Virus record (IMG/VR): IMGVR_UViG_3300037313_000210
Span: 1-48,893 of that record
Source: a virus
Taxonomy: Duplodnaviria; Caudoviricetes
Direction: 5' to 3' (one strand)
DNA length: 48,893 bases
Below the pieces are notes generated by a model that saw nothing but the letters and a program-made list of their open reading frames with translations, did no database searches and had not been told where the DNA came from. Each line of letters starts with the position of its first letter. The first letter of the stretch is position 1. The translations under genes were made by a program, and so were the position numbers. Shown here one piece after another: positions 25,786 to 33,692 of this stretch.

Positions 25786-25853
25786 CCCGACTGGGAGGAC
25801 TCCACGCGACGCCGTAGCGTTTCTGCTTGCGCTTCGTCAGGCGAAATGTCGGG
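25786..25853 (-). ncRNA. Type I hammerhead ribozyme HH2
   Basis: CCCGAC-ATTT-CGC-CTGACGA-AGCGCAAGCA-GAAA-CGC-TACG-GCG-TC-GCG…GTCGGG; predicted cleavage between 25808 and 25807. Confidence 0.8.
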
Positions 25854-25898
25854 CCAGATGCTCCAATGTCCTCACCTCGGGAGCCAACGCCTCTTTAA

Positions 25899-26501
25899 TT
25901 ACTTCAGCGAAACGATCCGCATCGCCGCACCAGCCCGAGGCTTGTGGCAGCGGTCGAACAGTTCTTGCCACTTGTGCGGGGCGACTTCGCGCAGCACGGC
26001 CTCAACCAGTGCCTTGTCGATCACCTTGCTTCCGGCGTTCTTCTTGACGGAGATTGAGAACTCCGCCGAGTTGTACGTCATCTGCGTTTCGCCTTCGACG
26101 TAATCGGAAGGATCACCGAACACACCTTCTTTTGCAGCTTGTTCAGCCGCTTGCTCAAGGCGCTTGTTACAACGCCGAGCTACGTGATCCCACATGGCGA
26201 ACTCGGCAGCCGCCTGTCCGTTGTTGTGACTGCGAGACACAGGGAATTGCGTCTGAGGCAGCTTCTCCGTACCGAAGGCGTTGATGAACCCGTCTAACGA
26301 GTCCTTCGCGTCCTTCGCCGTCTTGCCTTCGGGGTCGGCGTGTTCCGGTAGGTCCAGAACTACGTCCACCTTCATCTGCGGAGGCTGCTCGACACCGCCG
26401 AACATTTCCTTCACTCTGTCTTTGCTGTTAGGGGAAGGCGGCTGCGAGGTTGCCCCCGCCTCCGGGGCTTTGATGCCCAGCGTCTTTCGTTTGTTAGCCA
26501 T
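25899..26501 (-). CDS. Hypothetical early protein (200 aa)
   Basis: AAGGAG SD + ATG; phage-like codon use. Confidence 0.8.
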   Translation of the reverse strand: MANKRKTLGIKAPEAGATSQPPSPNSKDRVKEMFGGVEQPPQMKVDVVLDLPEHADPEGKTAKDAKDSLDGFINAFGTEKLPQTQFPVSRSHNNGQAAAEFAMWDHVARRCNKRLEQAAEQAAKEGVFGDPSDYVEGETQMTYNSAEFSISVKKNAGSKVIDKALVEAVLREVAPHKWQELFDRCHKPRAGAAMRIVSLK

Positions 26502-26673
26502 GTTCTTCTCCTTCGAGAATGTTCGCACAAATCAACTCAATTCGCTTGCGTTCTACAATCGACGCCGCTACGTTTAAGCCTGCGCCAACGAACGCCTTAG
26601 CGGCGAACGAGCCTTCTATTTCTTCAGCCTTAATGGCGTCGACTAGCTCGCTAAGTAACTTATCGTGATCCAT
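26494..26673 (-). CDS. Small hypothetical protein (59 aa)
   Basis: MDHDKLLSELVDAIKAEE…; stop overlaps the start region of the next gene. Confidence 0.55.
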   Translation of the reverse strand: MDHDKLLSELVDAIKAEEIEGSFAAKAFVGAGLNVAASIVERKRIELICANILEGEEHG

Positions 26674-26825
26674 AGCGCCGTTCCCAGCAACGTGATAGAT
26701 GCAATCCACGCCAGCGCCCAGTGACCGTCCACATACGTTACGCCAGAGCAACGCCGGCACTGGCACCAAGCTACGTGGTAGTCGTAAACGTCGTGGCACG
26801 TTCTAGTTCTGTGGCGTATCATCAT
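26643..26825 (-). CDS. Small Cys-rich membrane protein
   Basis: GGGGGTG SD; CQCRRC plus C-terminal hydrophobic helix. Confidence 0.5.
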   Translation of the reverse strand: MMIRHRTRTCHDVYDYHVAWCQCRRCSGVTYVDGHWALAWIASITLLGTALWITISYLAS

Positions 26826-26848
26826 CGTTCACCCCCTTTTAATGTGCC

Positions 26849-27160
26849 CTATCGCCGACCGAGTAGGACGGTGATCGTGTCGATTGCCTGTTCAACGATT
26901 TTTGCCGAGGCGAAGTCGGCATCACTTTCCAGCATGCCCCTGACGTATTTCAGGTTCTCCACCAGCTCCTCGACATTGCTGAGGTCGGGGGCGGGGCGGG
27001 CGGCTTGCATGGCGGTGTAAATCGCGGCCACATGCTGCGCCTCAACGTCTGCCCGAGTGTCGCCGCAGTAGATGCCTCCATTGAGCGCGATGCGGCCCGC
27101 TTCGAGCATTTCGCGCGTGACGGGCTCACGGGATTGGTCTGAGGTTTGCTGGTCAGGCAT
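26849..27160 (-). CDS. Hypothetical protein (103 aa)
   Basis: MPDQQ…EPVTREMLEAG…AIYTAMQAARP, a common small phage protein pattern. Confidence 0.65.
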   Translation of the reverse strand: MPDQQTSDQSREPVTREMLEAGRIALNGGIYCGDTRADVEAQHVAAIYTAMQAARPAPDLSNVEELVENLKYVRGMLESDADFASAKIVEQAIDTITVLLGRR

Positions 27161-27162
27161 GG

Positions 27163-27270
27163 TCAATGTTCCCCGTTCTTCCCGTTTCTCGTTAGATACA
27201 CAATCGCAAATACAGAGAAGATCAGCCACGCTATCGCAGCGATAACTGTTATCACGTCTCTGTATTTCAT
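27163..27270 (-). CDS. Small single-TM protein (35 aa)
   Basis: ATGA overlap; MKYRDVITVIAAIAWLIFSVFAIVYLTRNGKNGEH. Confidence 0.55.
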   Translation of the reverse strand: MKYRDVITVIAAIAWLIFSVFAIVYLTRNGKNGEH

Positions 27271-27479
27271 GTCTCTTCCTTCACCCAGTCCAAAACGTCC
27301 CGACGCATTTGATGAATACGACGAGAAACAAATATGTACTGATTCAACGCGTCTGTGTTGCAGCCGAACTTTTCAGTCAACTCGTAGAGCTTGTCCACCT
27401 GTAATCCGAGTGTTTCTAACTCGTAAGCTATGGATTGTAAGTCCATAGTGAGCATGGAAATGCGTTCGTCTTTGTCCAT
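27267..27479 (-). CDS. Small hypothetical protein (70 aa)
   Basis: GGGGGT SD + ATG (MDKDERISML…). Confidence 0.6.
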   Translation of the reverse strand: MDKDERISMLTMDLQSIAYELETLGLQVDKLYELTEKFGCNTDALNQYIFVSRRIHQMRRDVLDWVKEET

Positions 27480-27534
27480 CGTTACCCCCACACATGAGGC
27501 GCTTGCGCCGATTGGAGCGAAGCGACACAACTTA

Positions 27535-27706
27535 AACAGGCTGTCATGCGGAATCGAACCGCCCAAAATCCTAAGCGCGCATCAACTAGGAAAGAACTAA
27601 CAGCACGACCTGTACAATTCAGCCTAGTGTTTAGCCGCATAGCGAGAGCCGCCAACCCAGTTACCGACGAAGCATTTCAGCCGCGTCAGCGCGGTGACAG
27701 CCTGTT
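27535..27706 (-). ncRNA. tRNA-like structured RNA (12-bp closing stem with adjacent T-arm)
   Basis: AACAGGCTGTCA/TGACAGCCTGTT perfect inverted repeat; GCGG-TTCGATT-CCGC just 5' of the 3' strand; CCGCG-CTGA-CGCGG hairpin after the 5' strand. Confidence 0.55.
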
Positions 27707-27717
27707 GAAATTGTGTT

Positions 27718-27744
27718 GAGCCTTTTAGCCACTTGCTCAGGTGG
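27718..27744 (-). ncRNA. H-type pseudoknot motif, copy B
   Basis: CCAC-CT-GAGC-AA-GTGG-CTAAAAG-GCTC; covaries with copy A. Confidence 0.55.
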
Positions 27745-27797
27745 TCAGCCGATAGCGGGGGAACGTGCTATCGACTTAGGGGCCTCGTTCGAACGCG

Positions 27798-28523
27798 TTA
27801 GCCAGCAACCGCCTCGGCAGTCGGGACTTCCGTTTCGGCTTCACTCTCGTTCTTCGCGATCGCCTTGAGAATGTCCGTGCTGTCGGCGATGAGTGCCTCA
27901 AGCCGAGCTTGATCGCGCTTCACTTCGTCGAGGTTCTCGGTGGCGGTCATCAGTGCGCCGAGCCGACGCAATCCGATAACGACTTCATCCGCGACCTTGC
28001 GCTGCTCGTCGTTTAGATCGAAGTACGGAACTTGCATCCCGTCGCCGCGATCCTTCGTACCTTTGAGCATCTTCGAGAGGCGGTCGCCGAACCGGAGCAC
28101 GTTGTCTCCGACGTCGCCGATTGTGCCGGGCACGTAGTAGTCCCGAGGCGGACCTTGGAACCAATCGCCGTCTTCCGGACGGAACCACATGTTCGCCTTC
28201 GCACCGTCAACGTCACGCGGCCGGTAGTTCTTGCTGCGCTCGTCAACGTGCTTGGCATTGACAGCCGTGCCCTTCTGCATGTCGACACCGATTGCGCCGA
28301 AGTACCGAAGAAACTGCGTGGACCAACGCTTTTGCTCGGCGTTTGGGAGCGAGTTCACGAGATCGACTGCGAGAGTGCAATCGCCGTGCTCTGCGTCGTG
28401 TACGATGACAGCGACGAGAAGCACCTGAACGCGCTCGTGGACGTTGGCGACGATACCGCGAAGGTCCTTGATGCCCTTCTGGATTTCCGCCTTCGTCGGA
28501 GTGTTGAGATACTTTTCCTTCAT
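27798..28523 (-). CDS. Early hypothetical protein (241 aa)
   Basis: GGAG SD + ATG; H-x-x-EHGD-x-TLA-x-x-LV-x-x-LP pattern; strong codon bias. Confidence 0.85.
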   Translation of the reverse strand: MKEKYLNTPTKAEIQKGIKDLRGIVANVHERVQVLLVAVIVHDAEHGDCTLAVDLVNSLPNAEQKRWSTQFLRYFGAIGVDMQKGTAVNAKHVDERSKNYRPRDVDGAKANMWFRPEDGDWFQGPPRDYYVPGTIGDVGDNVLRFGDRLSKMLKGTKDRGDGMQVPYFDLNDEQRKVADEVVIGLRRLGALMTATENLDEVKRDQARLEALIADSTDILKAIAKNESEAETEVPTAEAVAG

Positions 28524-28642
28524 ACTCACTTCTCCTGTATCCAATCGTTTAGCACCTAGAGCTTGATTGCCCTAAGCTTGCGCGATTGGAAGGGCTAGGC
28601 GTGCCCCGAAAGTTCACCCGCACCTAGCCGTTTCAACCGTGC

Positions 28643-28759
28643 TTAGTGTCGAACCCACCAGTCGTGGAACGCTTCGACGTCCTCCTTTACCATGTCGAAC
28701 AGCACGCAGCCGAACAGCCACGCGCCGGACAAAATCATGATAGATTGAAACATGCACAT
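28643..28759 (-). CDS. Small membrane protein (38 aa)
   Basis: GGAGG SD + ATG; hydrophobic N-half. Confidence 0.5.
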   Translation of the reverse strand: MCMFQSIMILSGAWLFGCVLFDMVKEDVEAFHDWWVRH

Positions 28760-28785
28760 AATGTCGCCTCCGGCTTAATCGCCGC

Positions 28786-28989
28786 TCATGCTACCATTTC
28801 CTCTTCTTCAGCCCACACGGCCTCGTCGTTGGCGAGAAACTTACCGTACATGAAACGGGCCTTCGTGTCTGCTTGGACTTTGTTTACAGCCGAGATAATC
28901 CCGAGCCGGAACTTCTCGCCTCCGCTGCGCTTGTACACAGTGAAGCGCCTGTAGTTGCCCGACGTAGCGGGCGGAATGAAGAAAGACAT
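28786..28989 (-). CDS. Small hypothetical protein (67 aa)
   Basis: AAGGAG SD + ATG (MSFFIPP…). Confidence 0.65.
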   Translation of the reverse strand: MSFFIPPATSGNYRRFTVYKRSGGEKFRLGIISAVNKVQADTKARFMYGKFLANDEAVWAEEEEMVA

Positions 28990-29019
28990 TGTATTCCCGC
29001 TCCTTTCGTTAGTAGCGTT

Positions 29020-29562
29020 GAGTAAGAGAGTGTTTCCTGCGGCTTGCAAGTGGTAACGTATCCCCGCTTTCGGTGAGCCTACGGTAGTTAATCCCCGTAG
29101 AACGAACACTCTCTAACACAAAGCTAATGCTTTGCTGCGGGGAATTGACTGGTTCCCTATTATCCCCTCTAGCTCGCCTAATCACTTAGGTTCGCCCGCT
29201 TGCTATTTCATTCACAAGCGCGAGACGCGTTCAGCCGAATTACTGCCCACTTAAGGGCATGGCGCGGGGTTTCTACATTGCTACCCTATCTGCTAGTGAC
29301 GGCAGTTTATACAAACTCGCCGTTGCCTACTCACCGTTGCCAGCTTTCAGCATCGCAGCATTGGACAATGCTCCGAGCGCAATTCTTTCCATCCGCACTC
29401 CCAACGGGAGCCGATGCTTTCCCAACGGTTGTCAGCCGTGGTGCAAGGCTTTGGCCTCACTAACCGGATTAACGTACCGGCCTAAGACGTGGTGAGAGTT
29501 ACAGCGCCGGGGCGTTTCGCCCTCACCTTGTCGTTTCTGCTATCTAGGCGTTTCAACGCGCC
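29020..29562 (-). ncRNA. Candidate large multi-helix non-coding RNA (~540 nt)
   Basis: Nested stems 29025-34/29105-14, 29333-39/29423-29, 29350-55/29412-17 and many hairpins; no credible - strand ORF. Confidence 0.5.
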
Positions 29563-29565
29563 TTT

Positions 29566-30036
29566 TCAAGCCTTCTTTTTGAACGGCCCTTTGAAGGCCG
29601 CTCGCTGGCAGTTAGGCAACGCTGTGGCGTAGCGCTCTTTGGCATAGCTTGCGCTCACCTTTTCCCCTTGCAAAGCGTAGGGATCGTGATTGAACGCTGA
29701 GTGAGCACGCTTGCCCGGTTTCCCGTGCTTGCCTACTTCCTCTTTCGCTACGTCAAACAACGCCTTGCCGTTGGCTCCACGGCTGGAAAAGCCTTCAAGC
29801 CAACCCTTCGCGTTACTACGCAAACCCATTTGCTTGGGTTCACGCTTGCGGAAAGAAAGCAACGCCCGCTCTTGAGCCGATAGGTTGTCGCCTTTCAGCA
29901 ACTCGGCCCGCAACCTTGCGTCCTTCAAGGCTTCCTTCACTATCTGTTGCTTGCGAATAATCGCCCGCGACAGCAGCAAGTCGGCCTTGGCCTCTTTCCG
30001 CTCCAAGGCGCGCTTGCGCCGTTGATAGCGGTTCAT
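29566..30036 (-). CDS. Basic early protein, first gene of the - arm
   Basis: AAAGGTG SD + ATG; K/R-rich, 156 aa. Confidence 0.75.
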   Translation of the reverse strand: MNRYQRRKRALERKEAKADLLLSRAIIRKQQIVKEALKDARLRAELLKGDNLSAQERALLSFRKREPKQMGLRSNAKGWLEGFSSRGANGKALFDVAKEEVGKHGKPGKRAHSAFNHDPYALQGEKVSASYAKERYATALPNCQRAAFKGPFKKKA

Positions 30037-30359
30037 TGTATCACCTTTCCATTTTACAGTAATACCAATTAACGCAATCCTGCCATGCGTCTAGGACGCG
30101 CCCAAACAGCACTTCAATGATTGCCTCAATCATATCACTGTCCCTAATGGGCGGTAAGCCAGCCGAAACCGGCTCACCTAGTGAATTGTCGTTTCCCTCT
30201 AGAGAAAGCCCTAGAGGCTGTCAAGTGGTCTAGCTTCGCACTGGAACGTAGCACGCTCCGTAGCTTGGCCTTCCGAAATGACAACGCCCTTAGACCACAG
30301 ATCGTTGCGAGGGGCAATGGCACTGAATACGTATTCATTAGGATACAATGTTACATCAA

Positions 30360-30376
30360 CTGGCACGGTATTTGCT
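30360..30376 (+). promoter_or_regulatory. Sigma54 (-24/-12) consensus site
   Basis: CTGGCACG-GTAT-TTGCT matches YTGGCACGRNNNTTGCW. Confidence 0.5.
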
Positions 30377-30584
30377 ACGCGAGCGCGGGTTCCTTCTCTC
30401 CTAGAGGCATGGGCTGATAACGAGTTGCAGTAGCCGCCCACCCGTTCCCTCGCCTAGACTAGCCTGCTAATGCGAAGCACAAGCATTAGAGGATGTAACC
30501 TATAGGTGACACTGTTGTTTATCTGCAACACTGTGACCTTCCCGCAACACAGGACGCGTAGCGGTGTGTTAGTACAGCAGGACA

Positions 30585-30619
30585 GGGGGTCCCCGGGGGA
30601 GGGGTACCGGGGGGAGGGG
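30585..30619 (+). repeat. G-tract tandem repeat (G4-forming potential; candidate genome end/packaging signal)
   Basis: GGGGGTCCCCGGGGGAGGGGTACCGGGGGGAGGGG: five G-runs, ~15-bp unit twice, followed by A-tracts at ~30668-30691. Confidence 0.6.
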
Positions 30620-30933
30620 TGAAGTCGAGATGCAGTTCGGGCGGCACCAGCTGTACTCTCAGACTAGATAAAAAATCAAAATAATAAAAAAGGCCCCTTG
30701 ACGAATGCCAAGGCGGCCCCACACTAACCAAGAATGAATTAACTAATTAACAGATTGTACGTAAGCAAAGACACGGCCGAGGGATTCACCCTTCGGGTCT
30801 GGACACCGGCCCCTAGTCTCTCCGAGCAAACTCTGCCCTCGGGACTCTATATCGGTCCTATCCCTTCGGATCGGGCCCTATATAAGGGTGTATCTATTAG
30901 AGTATATAGTTTACCGCCTGCAACCAATAAGGT

Positions 30934-30962
30934 ATTATAACATATTCAGCACACTTTGTCAA
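30934..30962 (-). promoter_or_regulatory. Consensus sigma70 promoter, leftward
   Basis: TTGACA-17 nt-TATAAT with extended TG. Confidence 0.88.
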
Positions 30963-31010
30963 GCAAAATCGTACAAAATGAAAATAAAGTTACCAAAATG
31001 CATTTTTTAC

Positions 31011-31039
31011 TTGACATTCACCCTGAAATATGTTATAAT
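31011..31039 (+). promoter_or_regulatory. Consensus sigma70 promoter, rightward (packaging/structural arm)
   Basis: TTGACA-17 nt-TATAAT with extended TG; back-to-back with 30934-30962 and sharing AATATGTTATAAT. Confidence 0.88.
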
Positions 31040-31061
31040 ATGTGTATAAGGTGCAAAGAAA

Positions 31062-31313
31062 GTGGATTTAAAGAACGAAAGAGAGAGCAAGAACTTCGTA
31101 GACCACACGACGTACCTGAACCAAATGCTCAACAAACTGGACACGCGGGACAAGATGATGTTCTGGCGAATGATGCACCAGTCAGACGACGACAACTACA
31201 TCTCCCACATCACCAATCCAAACGTTGAGCCGGGTGCTCCCCAACTTGAACAGCCTCAGAGTACCACAGACTTTCTCAACAGTATCCTTCTTCACCTAAT
31301 GACTGGTAAATAG
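31062..31313 (+). CDS. Hypothetical protein (83 aa)
   Basis: First ORF after the rightward promoter; stop overlaps the next start. Confidence 0.6.
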   Translation: MDLKNERESKNFVDHTTYLNQMLNKLDTRDKMMFWRMMHQSDDDNYISHITNPNVEPGAPQLEQPQSTTDFLNSILLHLMTGK

Positions 31314-31591
31314 TGGCTAAGAACTCAGGACAGACTAAAGCAGCTAGGGCCGCTTCTCAGGCCAAGTACAACTCCAAGCCAGAACAAGTCAAGCGCAGAG
31401 AGCAGCGCAATCGAGCCAGAGCCAAGCTAATCAAAGAAGGCAAGGCGAGAAAAGGTGACGGCAAAGACGTCGATCACATTTCCGGCCTAGCGGGGGGAAA
31501 CCAAGACAGCAACCTCCGAGTTCTGAGTAAGTCAGTTAACAGACACTACAACCGAAGGTCCAAGAAGACCAAAGCCCCTAAGAAACTTTAA
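31313..31591 (+). CDS. Small HNH-type endonuclease (packaging-associated)
   Basis: GDGKDVDH…GGN…NLRVLSKSVNR. Confidence 0.75.
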   Translation: MAKNSGQTKAARAASQAKYNSKPEQVKRREQRNRARAKLIKEGKARKGDGKDVDHISGLAGGNQDSNLRVLSKSVNRHYNRRSKKTKAPKKL

Positions 31592-31592
31592 C

Positions 31593-31880
31593 GTGCCAGC
31601 CATTCTCGAACGCCTAGTTAGCCAGCTCAAGGCTAAAGGATACAATGACCGATCTGCCCACGCTATTGCGGTTGCTGCCCTCCAGCGTAGTGGAAACCTT
31701 AAGCCCGGAACAGAGGAGGCAACTCCTAAAGGCGTTGAGCGTGGGAGGATGTCTCCCGGTGATCGAGCCAAAGACAGAGCCGCTAAGCGGTCCGGTCGAT
31801 CTACAAGAGATTTTAAGTACGATCCTAGGACAAATAGAGCCACACTTAAACGACGAAAGACCCGACGAAAACGAAAATGA
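31593..31880 (+). CDS. Basic hypothetical protein
   Basis: MPAILERLVSQL…AHAIAVAALQRSG; coupled to terS by an ATGA overlap. Confidence 0.7.
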   Translation: MPAILERLVSQLKAKGYNDRSAHAIAVAALQRSGNLKPGTEEATPKGVERGRMSPGDRAKDRAAKRSGRSTRDFKYDPRTNRATLKRRKTRRKRK

Positions 31881-32383
31881 AGCCGAGTGAACAGGAAAAA
31901 GAAGCTTTCGAAAAGCTAACCGAAAAGCAAAAGGCTTTTGTAGAAGAGTACCTAATCGACTACAACGGTTCGGCTGCCGTTCTTCGTGCCGGGTTCGACA
32001 CCGCCCACCCTAAGAAAATCGCATACCAGCTCCTCCGCCACCAGAACGTAAAGGCTTATCTCGACTTCAGGGCGGACGAACGAGCTAAAAAGAGTAACCT
32101 CAAGCCGGACTACGTAATCAAGAAGGTAGTCAAGGCAATCGAAGAAGCAGACCGAGACGGTAAGCCAGCTATTGTACTGAAGGGGTGTGAACTCCTCGCT
32201 AGGCACCTCGGAATGTTCATAGACAGACAGGAAATCAGCGGTCCCAACGGCGACCCAATCAAGTATGAGCAAGTCAAAGAAGCGGCAGACGCTTTCACCA
32301 GCGCAATTTCTAGCCTCATTGAGCGAGGCGGAGAGGGACCAACACCTTTCGAAATTGAGCCTTCAGGAGAGGGCACACCTTAA
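31877..32383 (+). CDS. terS: Terminase small subunit
   Basis: LTEKQKAFVEEYLIDYNGSAAVLRAGF; ELLARHLGMF; EISGPNGDPI. Confidence 0.92.
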   Translation: MKPSEQEKEAFEKLTEKQKAFVEEYLIDYNGSAAVLRAGFDTAHPKKIAYQLLRHQNVKAYLDFRADERAKKSNLKPDYVIKKVVKAIEEADRDGKPAIVLKGCELLARHLGMFIDRQEISGPNGDPIKYEQVKEAADAFTSAISSLIERGGEGPTPFEIEPSGEGTP

Positions 32384-33692
32384 ACACCACTGGCCCTTTT
32401 GGGCTAGGCCAGATCAGCTGGAGCCAGAAGGAGACTGGAACACGTGGTTGATTCTGGCAGGACGCGGTTGGGGTAAAACCCGAGTAGGCTCCGAGTGGGT
32501 CAGGGACATAGCCAAGCGTTATCCCGGCTGTAGAATTGCTCTAGTAGGTGAAACCGCAGCCGACGCCCGAAAGGTTATGATCACGGGTGACAGCGGTATC
32601 CTGAGTATTTCCCCGCCCGACTTCATGCCGGAGTACTTCCCGACCAACAGGCAGCTCCGCTGGCCCAACGGTTCAATTGCAGAAACGTACAACGCAACTC
32701 AGCCCGACCAGCTCCGTGGTCCTCAGCATCACTTCGCGTGGTGCGACGAGATCGCCAAGTGGGAGCACATGAAAGACAGTTGGGACCAGCTTCAGTTCGG
32801 TCTCCGCTTGGGTGACAAGCCACGCTGCCTAGTGACTACGACGCCTCGTCCGCTGCCTTTGATTCGGCAAATGCTCAACGACCCCGACACGTTCGTAACT
32901 CGCGGGGCCACGCTGGACAACAAAGACAACCTAGCCGAAAGCACGGTTAAGTTCTTGTACGAGCGATACGCAGGTACGCGACTCGGTAGACAGGAACTCG
33001 ACGGAGAAGTCCTCGACGACATCCCCGGAGCGCTTTGGTCCCGCACCAAGCTAGACGAAACCAGAGTACGGAAAGCACCGGAACAGCTTGATCGAATTAT
33101 CGTGGCAGTTGATCCTGCCGCTTCCTCTGAAGAACACAGCGACGAAACAGGTATTGTTTGTGTCGGACTTGCAAAGGATGCAGACGGCTTTAACCGTGGC
33201 TACGTACTTGCGGACCGATCCATTCGAGGAACTCCTGAGGAGTGGGCTAAAGCAGCCGTTGCACTGTACAGAGAGTTTGAAGCGGATCGCATCATCGCAG
33301 AAAAGAATCAAGGAGGAGAAATGGTGGAAGCCGTCCTCCGAGCCGTGGATCGCAACGTACCAGTCACCCTCGTTACAGCAACACGAGGAAAGCTTGTTCG
33401 AGCTGAACCAGTTTCCGCTCTTTACGAGCAAGGAAGAGTACACCACGTAGGTAGTTTCAATGAACTTGAAGACCAAATGTGTACGTTTAGTCAGGATTAC
33501 GACCGAGCCAACGGCTCTCCTGATCGGATGGACGCTCTTGTTTGGGGCCTTAGTTATCTTTTTGAAAGGATGACGGCCCGCCGACGCCCTCACGAAAAGG
33601 ACGTCGAACCCAGTTACAATCTCCGGGAGTACAACCCAAACGACCACGACGTCTATCGTGGAAAAACTGACACGAGTTGGATGGTTGGCTAA
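32265..33692 (+). CDS. terL: Terminase large subunit
   Basis: ILAGRGWGKTR, LRGPQHHFAWCDE, VTTTP, VAVDPA, EKNQGG, SPDRMDA. Confidence 0.96.
   Translation: MSKSKKRQTLSPAQFLASLSEAERDQHLSKLSLQERAHLKHHWPFWARPDQLEPEGDWNTWLILAGRGWGKTRVGSEWVRDIAKRYPGCRIALVGETAADARKVMITGDSGILSISPPDFMPEYFPTNRQLRWPNGSIAETYNATQPDQLRGPQHHFAWCDEIAKWEHMKDSWDQLQFGLRLGDKPRCLVTTTPRPLPLIRQMLNDPDTFVTRGATLDNKDNLAESTVKFLYERYAGTRLGRQELDGEVLDDIPGALWSRTKLDETRVRKAPEQLDRIIVAVDPAASSEEHSDETGIVCVGLAKDADGFNRGYVLADRSIRGTPEEWAKAAVALYREFEADRIIAEKNQGGEMVEAVLRAVDRNVPVTLVTATRGKLVRAEPVSALYEQGRVHHVGSFNELEDQMCTFSQDYDRANGSPDRMDALVWGLSYLFERMTARRRPHEKDVEPSYNLREYNPNDHDVYRGKTDTSWMVG

Noticed and set aside
25683-30751. CtrA boxes (TTAA-N7-TTAA) at TTAA clusters near 25683-25699 and 30739-30750
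   Set aside because: Spacings are 4 or 9 nt, not 7.
29200-30940. Short track ORFs in the non-coding early and strand-switch regions (29200, 29259, 30181, 30211, 30519, 30755)
   Set aside because: No convincing SD or protein-like composition; the regions are better explained by RNA structure and regulatory sites.
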